From Armatimonadia bacterium (GTDB taxonomy: Bacteria; Armatimonadota; Zipacnadia; Zipacnadales; UBA11051), in contig JBDKRC010000114.1 in assembly GCA_039683575.1 (NCBI GenBank), positions 1 to 19,214 on the forward strand: DNA of 19,214 nt, written 5' to 3'. Made by a program: the position numbers and the translations under genes. The notes under the pieces are model-generated. The model searched no databases. It saw only the letters and a list, made by a program, of their open reading frames with translations, and had not been told where the DNA came from. Below, in pieces: positions 1 through 7,232 of the stretch (its first letter is position 1; each line of letters opens with the position of its first letter).

Positions 1-1
1 A

Positions 2-625
2 GTGCATCTGACAGGTCTCAGGTGACTTGTCGAAGGTGCAGCGGTAGCAGAAGGGGCGCGGGGTGAGGGAGAACCCGGGCGCGCGCAGGCCCTGGGTGGG
101 GTCCATGCGGGCCAGAGAGACCGCGCCGAGGGTTTTGCCGTGGAAGTCCTTGTAGAAGGAGATGAACTCTAGCTTCGGGTGATTGGCAGCGCGGCAGATG
201 CGCAGGCCCGCCTCGACGGCGGTGGTGCCGGAGTCGTACAACTGCACGCCACCGAGGTCGCCCGGCAGGATCGAGACGAGCTTCTCAAGGAGCTTTGCCT
301 TGACGGGGGTAGTGAAATCGTGGCAGTTCATCAGCGTCTTGGCGGCATTGGCAGTCGCCTCGCTGATCTTCGGGTGGCAATGCCCCAGCGACGTGACGTA
401 GATGCCGCTGGAGAAGTCGAGGTAGACGTTGCCGTCAACGTCGGTCAGGGTCACGCCATGTCCGCTCTCAAAGGCGACAGGGAAGAGGCGTACCTGCGAG
501 GAGTAGCCCTTCATGTACTTCGAAGCGCGGCCATGCCACTCCACGGACTTGGGTCCGGGAGGGGGAACGGTGATGTTGGGGATGGTGTTGGGGTCAAGGT
601 TGGCCCAGTTCAGATCGTAAGACAT
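2..625 (-). CDS. Class III PLP-dependent aminotransferase (4-aminobutyrate/ornithine aminotransferase-like), 3' end truncated by the window edge
   Basis: Not in the ORF track because it runs off the edge. Manual translation from ATG 625 (GGAG upstream): MSYDLNWANLDPNTIPNITVPPPGPKS...FPVAFESGHGVTLTDVDGNVYLDFSSGIYVTSLGHCHP...DSGTTAVEAGLR...DFHGKTLGA...PRPFCYRC. These are the typical class III N-terminal motifs (DVDGNxYLDF, LGHxHP, SGxxAVE, FHGxT). Confidence 0.9.
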   Translation of the reverse strand, partial: MSYDLNWANLDPNTIPNITVPPPGPKSVEWHGRASKYMKGYSSQVRLFPVAFESGHGVTLTDVDGNVYLDFSSGIYVTSLGHCHPKISEATANAAKTLMNCHDFTTPVKAKLLEKLVSILPGDLGGVQLYDSGTTAVEAGLRICRAANHPKLEFISFYKDFHGKTLGAVSLARMDPTQGLRAPGFSLTPRPFCYRCTFDKSPETCQMH

Positions 626-696
626 GATCTCAACGTCTCCTTGCTGTATGGGAGCGCTCAGCAGAGCGCGGTTTCATCATGTGAAAGTCGGAGCCC

Positions 697-1509
697 CTAC
701 CTCAAATTGAACTCCCGCGCCACTGCCTCCGGGTCGGCTTCTTCCTTTACTACCTTCTTCAGGCCACGCAGGAAGCGGGCCGGGCTGTCGGCCTGGATTA
801 CGTTGCGGCCGAAGACTACGCCACGAGCGCCGGAGCGGACTGACTTGTAGGCGAGGTTCAGCGCATCTATCTCCTTCGGCGTCTTCTCCGCACCGAGGGT
901 GAAGATCGGGACCGGGCAGGCTTCTACTACTTCGGCGAAGGCCTCGCCGGTGTAGAAAGTCTTGATGGCGTCCGCGCCGAGTTCGCAGAGGATGCGGCAG
1001 GCCTGGTAGACGAGGCGGTGCAGGTCTTCTGGGGCAAGGTTTTCCGGGGTAATGGGGTAGAATTCGCCGATGAGCGGGATGCCCGCTTGGCGCTTCTCGG
1101 AGACGATCTGGGCGAAGAGGGCGACGTTGTCGCGGTCCATCTGCTGGTCGGTGCCGGAGAGGGTCAGGGAAGCTAGGGCGATGTCGGCGCCGAGGGAGAG
1201 GGCCTCCTGCGGGGAGACGATCCTCGCGCTCCGGGCCTGGTCGTAGCCCCACTGGTAGCAGTAGACGGTGCTCCAGTTGAGCCGCACGATGGCTTGCGGG
1301 GCATTGCGCTTGGCGAACATGCCGCCGCAGTGGGCGATCATGCCGGGACTGATCAGAATGCCATCGGCCTCATCGAGGGACTGGATCGCCTCGGGTAGAT
1401 CGATGATGCCGGGGGTCGGGCCGAAAAACTCGCCATGGTCCACGGCCACGATGACAGCCCTGCGCGAGCCGGAAAACAGCCTGTTGAGACGAATCCATTG
1501 TCCTTCCAT
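697..1509 (-). CDS. Class I aldolase, DhnA/LsrF (archaeal-type fructose-bisphosphate aldolase) family
   Basis: 270 aa with AVDHG, Schiff-base Lys motif ELGADAIKTFYTG and C-terminal GARGVVFGRNVIQ; AAGGAG RBS upstream of the ATG. Confidence 0.88.
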   Translation of the reverse strand: MEGQWIRLNRLFSGSRRAVIVAVDHGEFFGPTPGIIDLPEAIQSLDEADGILISPGMIAHCGGMFAKRNAPQAIVRLNWSTVYCYQWGYDQARSARIVSPQEALSLGADIALASLTLSGTDQQMDRDNVALFAQIVSEKRQAGIPLIGEFYPITPENLAPEDLHRLVYQACRILCELGADAIKTFYTGEAFAEVVEACPVPIFTLGAEKTPKEIDALNLAYKSVRSGARGVVFGRNVIQADSPARFLRGLKKVVKEEADPEAVAREFNLR

Positions 1510-1573
1510 GATCGACTCCTTTTTCGCGCTGGCGCGCGGGGAACATCAACTTCAACTGCAACCGCTCGTACCT

Positions 1574-1599
1574 GTTCGACGTCTAAAGGGGAACGGCCT
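1574..1599 (-). promoter_or_regulatory. Putative sigma-H-like promoter for the aldolase-aminotransferase unit
   Basis: Minus strand reads AGGC-N18-GAAC with GTC before GAA; same geometry as four plus-strand sites in this window. Confidence 0.3.
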
Positions 1600-1612
1600 C
1601 CCCGCGTCGAAT
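1587..1612 (+). promoter_or_regulatory. Putative sigma-H-like promoter upstream of the M48 peptidase gene
   Basis: AGGG(1587-1590)-N18-GAAT(1609-1612), compared with the Bacillus SigH consensus AGGA-N17/18-GAAT. Confidence 0.4.
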
Positions 1613-1670
1613 AATGTGAGGGAGATTGCTGTATTTTGCGCTTAATGCTACCACATTGATGGTGTTTGTC

Positions 1671-3635
1671 ATGAATATCAACCGCCGCCTGCACCTGCTG
1701 ACCGTTGTTGCGCTGGGACTGCTGACAATGGCTCTGCTGGTGGGCTGTGACGAGGATGACATCGAGCGCTCGTTGGGGCGCCAGACCTCCGCCGCAGTGG
1801 AGGAGGAGTTCGGGGTCAACCGCGACCCGGTGCTGGGCGAATGGACCAACGGTCTCGGTCAGCGGCTCGTGGGGCAGTGTGGACGCCAGAACATCGCCTA
1901 CAGCTTCAAAGTGGTCAACACGGACATGGTGAACGCGTTTGCGGCCCCGTGGGGCTACGTGTACCTGACCCAGGGGATGCTCGGCTTTGCCAAGAGCGAG
2001 GACGAGGTCGCGTTCATCATGTCCCACGAAATCGGGCATGTGGCGCACCGCGACTCCATCAAGAGCGTGAAGAAGAACACCCTGTTCAGCATCGGCGCGG
2101 CGCTGCTGGGACAAAAGAACGAGATGATGGGCAACGTGGCGGGGCTGGGGGCGGGAATGCTGCTGATGCACTACTCGCGTTCCGATGAGGGCGACGCGGA
2201 CGTCGCCGGTTCGACGTATGCCTATGGCGCCGGATATGACCCGGCCGGGGGCATCGACTTCTTCGACCGTCTGCAGAAGGAGCTTGAGAAGGATCGGCCC
2301 TCAAGCCTCGAGACCCTGTTCCTGACCCATCCCCCGACCGCCAACCGCATAGCGGCAGAGAAGGCCCGGCCGGAGATGAACCTGAAGAACCCCGTGGTTG
2401 CTTCGAGAATTGGCCGCGGGTATGCGCGCCGCTATGCCTACGCAACTGCCTCCAAGTTCTACAAGATGGCGATTGAGACGAAGCCCGAGGCTGTGGAGAC
2501 GCGGCTGACGCTGGCCGAGGCGTACGAGAAGCAGGGGCTATACGACCTCGCGCAGGGTGAATTCCAGGCGGTATTGCAGCGTGATCCGCAGAATTCGTTT
2601 GCGACGCACGGACTGCAGGCGCTGGCCCCAGGCACGCAGCGGTATGCTGCTCTCAAGCCCGCTGAGCAGCAGCAGGCGGGCGTAGCGGCCAGCTATGCGG
2701 TGGTGCTCGAAGGCGAGGCGCAGGCGCTGGTGCAAAGCTCGCGAGAGCATGCCAGGACCAGCCACACCGCGGTCTCCGGGGCTTCCGGTATCGCCCGCCA
2801 GAGCATCGCGGGCATGATGGAACTCGGCGATGCGCAGAAGGAGCTCACCGAGCGCGGCAAGGAGGCCTTCCTGACCGCCAATGCTGCCGTCAGCAAGGCC
2901 AACGACGCTGCTTTTGGCCTCGAGGGCTGCAGCGAGGACGTGACGCGCACCAGTGACCTGCTCAAGGCCGACGCGGCAGCAATCAGAGTGGCGCTGCAGC
3001 AGGCTTCAGCCGGTAGTGGCGCAGCGGGCGATGTCGCGGTATACCAGCGGGCGCTGGCAGAGACCCAGCGGGCGACGAGGCAGCTCAACGAGGCGATGGC
3101 CCTGACCACGGCTGCGCAGCCGCTGGTGCAACAGGCGACGCGACGCGGAAATGAGACCGTGGCGGCGCTGACGCGAATGACCAATGATAAGGCCCCGGAC
3201 AAGCAGCTTTACCCGGTGAAACAGACCGCACAGGAGACGCTGGCGGCGGCCCAGGCGGCCACGGAGGCGGTGGGGAAGGTCAAGAAGGTGACCTTGCTGG
3301 CGGAGTCGCGAGCGCTGCTGGCGAAGCTCAACCTGGCCGCACTGGGGGCTTCCCCGAGCGTGCGCGAAGTCTATGACGGCATGGTTGCGCATTACTGCAA
3401 TGTGAAGCCGGGCGAGGTAAACAGCCTGCGCGGGCAGGGCCTTGGGTACGGGGATGCAGCGTTCGTGCTCATCGCCTCCAGGGCACAGCGGACCGCTCCG
3501 GCGAGCTACGTGCCGATGATCTCCGGCAGCGGGCTGATCGAGAGCCTGAGGGGACAGGGCGTGAGCCTGGAAGGGCCGGTGGCGTTGCTGCGGTTCCTGA
3601 GCAACAGCATCGAGCGTGAAGTCGCGGCGCGGTGA
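1671..3635 (+). CDS. M48 family zinc metallopeptidase (BepA/YfgC-like) lipoprotein with TPR and long helical C-terminal region
   Basis: Start moved to ATG 1671, giving MNINRRLH-hydrophobic-LVGC (lipobox). Motifs VNAFAAPWGYVY, HEIGH (HExxH), YSRSDEGDAD and FLTHP; TPR-like segment LAEAYEKQGLYDLAQGEFQAVLQRDPQN. Confidence 0.88.
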   Translation: MNINRRLHLLTVVALGLLTMALLVGCDEDDIERSLGRQTSAAVEEEFGVNRDPVLGEWTNGLGQRLVGQCGRQNIAYSFKVVNTDMVNAFAAPWGYVYLTQGMLGFAKSEDEVAFIMSHEIGHVAHRDSIKSVKKNTLFSIGAALLGQKNEMMGNVAGLGAGMLLMHYSRSDEGDADVAGSTYAYGAGYDPAGGIDFFDRLQKELEKDRPSSLETLFLTHPPTANRIAAEKARPEMNLKNPVVASRIGRGYARRYAYATASKFYKMAIETKPEAVETRLTLAEAYEKQGLYDLAQGEFQAVLQRDPQNSFATHGLQALAPGTQRYAALKPAEQQQAGVAASYAVVLEGEAQALVQSSREHARTSHTAVSGASGIARQSIAGMMELGDAQKELTERGKEAFLTANAAVSKANDAAFGLEGCSEDVTRTSDLLKADAAAIRVALQQASAGSGAAGDVAVYQRALAETQRATRQLNEAMALTTAAQPLVQQATRRGNETVAALTRMTNDKAPDKQLYPVKQTAQETLAAAQAATEAVGKVKKVTLLAESRALLAKLNLAALGASPSVREVYDGMVAHYCNVKPGEVNSLRGQGLGYGDAAFVLIASRAQRTAPASYVPMISGSGLIESLRGQGVSLEGPVALLRFLSNSIEREVAAR

Positions 3636-3645
3636 GTTCTTAGAC

Positions 3646-3732
3646 GGGGCCGAGCTTCAGCCAGCCCGGTGAGGGGCGCACCCCTAACGTGTCGTTGATA
3701 ACAACAGGGCCGGCTAAAGCTCGGCCCCTCCA
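3646..3732. repeat. REP-doublet-like element: 22-bp terminal inverted repeats enclosing two small hairpins; may also terminate transcription between convergent genes
   Basis: Arms GGGGCCGAGCTTCAGCCAGCCC (3646-3667) and GGGCCGGCTAAAGCTCGGCCCC (3707-3728) are 20/22 complementary; inner hairpins at 3672-3685 and 3690-3706. Confidence 0.75.
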
Positions 3733-4379
3733 GCCGCCTCATCGAAGGCGCGGCGCTGCCGCATGCAGGATTCACAGACGCCGCACGGGGCTGGACCGGC
3801 TTCGTAGCAACTCCATGTCAGGTCCAGGGGGGCTCCTGCGTCGCGACCCGCCTGGACTAGCTCCGCTTTCGTCATCGCCATCGTGGGTGATACGACCCGG
3901 CAGCCGTGACGCGTGGAGTATGAGAAGAAGTGCTCGGCCGCCGTGGCAAACTCCGGCGTGTTGTCGGGAAAAGTCGTCCCCTCCTCCGCATTGAACCCGC
4001 AGATGATAGCCCCCGCCCCCAGAACCTCCGCGTAGACTGCGGCCACATTGAGCAGCAGACCGTTGCGGTTGGGTACCCACACGGCCGCGGCTGACCGTTC
4101 GGCCGCTTCCCCTGAAAGCTCCGTCGCTGACGGGGTCGGCAGCGCCTGCTCCCGGTCAGTCAGCGCCCCTGAGGCGATTTCGGCCATCCACGGCAGCGGT
4201 ACCACCCGATGCGGCACCCCCAGAGCGGCTGCTACCTGGCTGGCGGCCCAGATCTCCTGCGCGGCGGCTCGCTGCCCGTAGTCGCAGGTTATGGCCAGCA
4301 CGACGTCCATCTCCTGCGCTGCAAGCCATGTTGCCACAACGGAATCAAGTCCCCCCGACAGTAATGAAATCGCTTTCAT
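3714..4379 (-). CDS. queC: 7-cyano-7-deazaguanine (preQ0) synthase
   Basis: MKAISLLSGGLDS PP-loop, DYGQR, VWVPNRN, FPDN and the Zn site TWSCY...CGVCESC; start placed at ATG 4379. Confidence 0.93.
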   Translation of the reverse strand: MKAISLLSGGLDSVVATWLAAQEMDVVLAITCDYGQRAAAQEIWAASQVAAALGVPHRVVPLPWMAEIASGALTDREQALPTPSATELSGEAAERSAAAVWVPNRNGLLLNVAAVYAEVLGAGAIICGFNAEEGTTFPDNTPEFATAAEHFFSYSTRHGCRVVSPTMAMTKAELVQAGRDAGAPLDLTWSCYEAGPAPCGVCESCMRQRRAFDEAAGGAEL

Positions 4380-4406
4380 AGTCGCCTCGTCGCCCTTCGC
4401 GTGCAA

Positions 4407-5471
4407 TCAGTGTTCGTGGTGGTGGTGAAGGTCAGGGTAATGATGGTGCGCGTGGCCGAAACGCCGGTGCTGATGGACATGCACGTGTGCCTTACCAACC
4501 TCGGGTTCCTCATCATGCTCGTGCTGGTGATGGTCATCGTGGTAGTGCCGGTGCTCGTGCAACATCTCGGCGTGGAGGTGCATATGGCCGTGTTGTTCAG
4601 TGAGGTGCAGCCACACGCCCAGCCCCATCAAGGCCGCTGCGACAGCCATGGAGGCAGTCAGCGGCTCGTGAAGTAGCAGGAGGGCTACGATGGCGCCGAC
4701 GAAGGGCGCACTTGAGAAATATGCCCCGGTGCGAGCCGCGCCGAGGTGCCGCAGCGCCAGCACGAACAGCATCAGGCTCAGGCCATAGCCGGTCACACCC
4801 AGGACGGCAGCCCGCGTCGCGAGGGGCCATCCCGGCACGGCCGCCCCCAGCGAGAAGGCCAGAATCAGGTTTACGCTGCCCGCGACGAGGCCTTTCAGGC
4901 AGGCGACATGCACCGGATTGCCCGCTGACACGCGGGCAGTGAGGTTGTTGTCCAGCCCCCAGCACAGGCACGCCCCGGCGATGGCTATCGCTCCCCAGGG
5001 ACTGCCGAAGTGCAGTGGCCCGCCCCAGCCCAGGACTACCCCGCCAGCGACGATGAGCCCCATGCCGAGGAGGATGCGGCGATCACAGTTCTCCCTGAAC
5101 ACAAGCCAGGCCAGCATTGCGGTGAAGACTGCTTCGAGGTTCAGCAGCAGAGAGGCGGCCGAGCCAGAGGTGAGAGTGAGGCCGACCATGAGCAGGATCG
5201 GCCCTGCAATGCCGCCGAAGGCTATCGCGCCGCCTAGCCAGGGCATGTCAGAGCGCCGCAGAGGCGCTTCGCGCGGGGCGTCACGCAGGAGGAGCGATTG
5301 GGCTATCCAGATGATCCCCAGCCCGACGCCTGATCCGAGGTACAGCAGCCCTGCCAGCAGGATCGGTGGTACCTGCCCTACCAGGATCTTCGCGAGCGGC
5401 GTGCTGACGCCGAAGAGTACGGCTGCCCCGAGGGCATAGATCGGGCTGAAGGCCGCACGGCGTGGACTCAA
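4407..5471 (-). CDS. EamA/DMT family transporter with His-rich C-terminal tail
   Basis: About 10 hydrophobic segments with EamA-like motifs (ASLLLNLEAVFTAMLAWLVFRE; LRHLGAARTGAYFSSAPF). The last 66 residues contain 26 His and end in YPDLHHHHEH. Start placed at TTG 5471, 10 nt after GGAGG; the ORF-track extension overlaps queD. Confidence 0.88.
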   Translation of the reverse strand: MSPRRAAFSPIYALGAAVLFGVSTPLAKILVGQVPPILLAGLLYLGSGVGLGIIWIAQSLLLRDAPREAPLRRSDMPWLGGAIAFGGIAGPILLMVGLTLTSGSAASLLLNLEAVFTAMLAWLVFRENCDRRILLGMGLIVAGGVVLGWGGPLHFGSPWGAIAIAGACLCWGLDNNLTARVSAGNPVHVACLKGLVAGSVNLILAFSLGAAVPGWPLATRAAVLGVTGYGLSLMLFVLALRHLGAARTGAYFSSAPFVGAIVALLLLHEPLTASMAVAAALMGLGVWLHLTEQHGHMHLHAEMLHEHRHYHDDHHQHEHDEEPEVGKAHVHVHQHRRFGHAHHHYPDLHHHHEH

Positions 5472-5488
5472 CGGGCTTGCGCCTCCAT

Positions 5489-5860
5489 TCAGTCCTCCCA
5501 GTAGGTGACGCTGGAGGTATCGCTCTCCCACATGCGCACGCGGGCCATCTTGATGCCCGGGAAGGGGAGTTTGGCCGCGATGGCGTGGTAGATGTGGGCG
5601 GCGAGATTCTCGGCGGTTGCGTTGATGGTGCGGAAGGGCTCGAGGTCGTTGAGACACTGGTGGTCCATGGTGTCGAGGACGCTGTCACAGATCTCCTTGA
5701 GCTCCCCGAAATCGAGCAGCATGCCGTTTTGCAGCGGCTGCGGCCCCGCTACCGTGATCTCGACGCGGTAGTTGTGCCCGTGCATCCGCGAGCACGGCCC
5801 CTGGTAGTCGCGCAGATGGTGCGCTGCCGAAAACCCCCGTTGAACTGTCAACTCGTACAT
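5489..5860 (-). CDS. queD: 6-carboxy-5,6,7,8-tetrahydropterin synthase
   Basis: MYELTVQRGFSAAHHL, CSRMHGHNY (CxxxHGH), LDFGELK, MDHQCLND, NATAENLA, WES; GGAGG RBS before ATG 5860. Confidence 0.93.
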   Translation of the reverse strand: MYELTVQRGFSAAHHLRDYQGPCSRMHGHNYRVEITVAGPQPLQNGMLLDFGELKEICDSVLDTMDHQCLNDLEPFRTINATAENLAAHIYHAIAAKLPFPGIKMARVRMWESDTSSVTYWED

Positions 5861-5889
5861 CCTGGCCTCCAATCCCATTGCTGGGTGGC

Positions 5890-5898
5890 ATTGTACCA
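5890..5898 (-). promoter_or_regulatory. Putative extended -10 (sigma70-type) promoter element for queD
   Basis: Minus strand TGGTACAAT (TGn-TACAAT) about 30 nt upstream of the queD ATG. Confidence 0.45.
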
Positions 5899-5935
5899 TG
5901 TTTGACGCTCTTGATGAGGCAGAAGGGGCGGCAGA

Positions 5936-5960
5936 AGGGACGGCGGCTTTTATGGCGAAG
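5936..5960 (+). promoter_or_regulatory. Putative sigma-H-like promoter upstream of the DUF4432 gene
   Basis: AGGG(5936-5939)-N17-GAAG(5957-5960), with GGC before GAA. Confidence 0.4.
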
Positions 5961-5992
5961 CTATTGCAAAGTGATCTTGAGGAGGGCTCCAA

Positions 5993-7132
5993 ATGCCTAA
6001 ACTGTTTGGGCGCAACTGGACTCGTAGCGAACTCATGAAGCATGTCGGGGATATTGACCAGATTGGCGGCGCGCGCCGCGTGACGCTGGCTGAGGGCAAT
6101 GAAGCCGGCTCGGACGCCGTGCTTTTCCGCACTGGCACCGGTCTCACCTTTACCTGCCTCGCCGGGCGGGCGCTGGACGTCTCGTCCGCCGAATTCTGCG
6201 GCCGCTCGCTGTGCTGGCGCTCACAGACCGGTGACACCGCCGCCCCGTATTTTGAGCCGGACGGCCTTGGCTGGCTGCGCAACTTCTACGGCGGCCTGGT
6301 GATGACGTGCGGCATGAGCAACGCCGGCGCACCGCATGCCGACCCGACCTCCAGCGAGGGCGAGCCGATGTGGGACCCGGAGAAGGGGCAGTGGATCCCC
6401 ACCGGCAGCATCGGTTTGCATGGCCGCGTGAGCAACATCCCGGCCAAGAACCTGTATGTGGACGGCGAGTGGCAGGGCGACGACTATGTCTTCTGGGCGC
6501 AGGGCAAGATGCGCGAGGGCGTAGTCTTCGGCGCGAACTTGCTGCTGAACCGCAAGATCAGCGCCAAGTTGGGAGAAAACCGCTTCTGGATCCATGACGA
6601 GGTTACCAACGAGGGCCACAGACCCCAGGAACACATGTTCCTGTACCACTGCAACCTGGGCTTCCCGCTGGTCTGGGACGACAGCGAGTACTTGATCAAC
6701 GCCCGCGAGACGCGCCCGCGAGACGCCGACGCCGCCCCGCATGTGGACAAGTGGCGGGAGTTCCCCGCGCCGACGCCGAATCAGGTTGAGTGGGTGTACT
6801 ACCACGACATGGCCACCGACGCCGACGGGAAGACCATGGTCGGCTTTGCCCGTAAGAATAGCGGCGACTGTTGCGCGCTGGGCTTGTACATCAAGTATGA
6901 CAAGACCCAACTCCCGTTCTTCGGACAGTGGAAGATGCCCGCCGAGGGCACCTATGTCACCGGGCTGGAGCCGGCCACGTGCCACGTGGAAGGCCGCGTG
7001 AAGGACCGCAATGAGGGCCGTCTGAAGGTCCTGCAGGCGGGCGAGACGGCCAAGTACGACCTTGAGTTCGGCGTGCTGAGCACCCTGGATGAGGTAGCGG
7101 AGGTTGAGGACGCCATCAAGGCGATGAAGTAG
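5993..7132 (+). CDS. Aldose 1-epimerase-like protein (DUF4432 family, galactose mutarotase fold)
   Basis: GRALDV, GLGWLRNFYGGLVMTCG, GLHGRVSN, LYHCNLGFPL, QWKM and YVTGLEP motifs; GAGGAG RBS. Confidence 0.85.
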   Translation: MPKLFGRNWTRSELMKHVGDIDQIGGARRVTLAEGNEAGSDAVLFRTGTGLTFTCLAGRALDVSSAEFCGRSLCWRSQTGDTAAPYFEPDGLGWLRNFYGGLVMTCGMSNAGAPHADPTSSEGEPMWDPEKGQWIPTGSIGLHGRVSNIPAKNLYVDGEWQGDDYVFWAQGKMREGVVFGANLLLNRKISAKLGENRFWIHDEVTNEGHRPQEHMFLYHCNLGFPLVWDDSEYLINARETRPRDADAAPHVDKWREFPAPTPNQVEWVYYHDMATDADGKTMVGFARKNSGDCCALGLYIKYDKTQLPFFGQWKMPAEGTYVTGLEPATCHVEGRVKDRNEGRLKVLQAGETAKYDLEFGVLSTLDEVAEVEDAIKAMK

Positions 7133-7145
7133 CGGCATATGACGT

Positions 7146-7195
7146 GGGCCGGATGCCCGCGGCGGTGAGGCTGCCGCGGGCATTCGGCCCCTCCA
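7146..7195. repeat. 21-bp GC-rich hairpin (REP-like), no U-tract
   Basis: GGGCCGGATGCCCGCGGCGGT-GAG-GCTGCCGCGGGCATTCGGCCC pairs fully on the + strand with three G-U wobbles. It ends in TCGGCCCCTCCA (7184-7195), identical to 3721-3732. Confidence 0.7.
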
Positions 7196-7232
7196 CATCA
7201 GGCCCCTCCTATTCCACAATCTGGAGCGCCCC

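Noticed and set aside
179..850. 223-aa plus-strand ORF
   Set aside because: Antisense shadow of the aminotransferase and aldolase genes, which have clear family motifs.
1546..1563. TCAACT-TCAACT-GCAACC 6-nt tandem
   Set aside because: Too short and degenerate to distinguish from chance.
1520..1610. Minus-strand TGTTCCCCGCG..CCAGCG resembles a type I-E CRISPR repeat, with an 8-bp inverted partner (1535-1542 / 1599-1606)
   Set aside because: Single partial match, no repeat-spacer periodicity and no cas genes in the window.
3633..3700. Selenocysteine readthrough of the M48 TGA (hairpin 10 nt downstream)
   Set aside because: Readthrough adds only about 20 non-conserved-looking codons; the stem favours the minus strand and is better explained as a REP-like element.
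3714..4379. QueC as part of a QatABCD, CBASS type IV or Dpd defence system
   Set aside because: Normal-length QueC next to queD; no TatD, ATPase, cyclase or dpdA gene in the window.
5918..5939. Direct repeat GGCAGAAGGG twice
   Set aside because: Only two short copies; the second overlaps the proposed promoter motif, so there is no support for a separate element.
5861..5992. preQ1 riboswitch upstream of queD
   Set aside because: No preQ1-I stem-loop with A-rich tail; the likely -10 box leaves only a ~25-nt leader.
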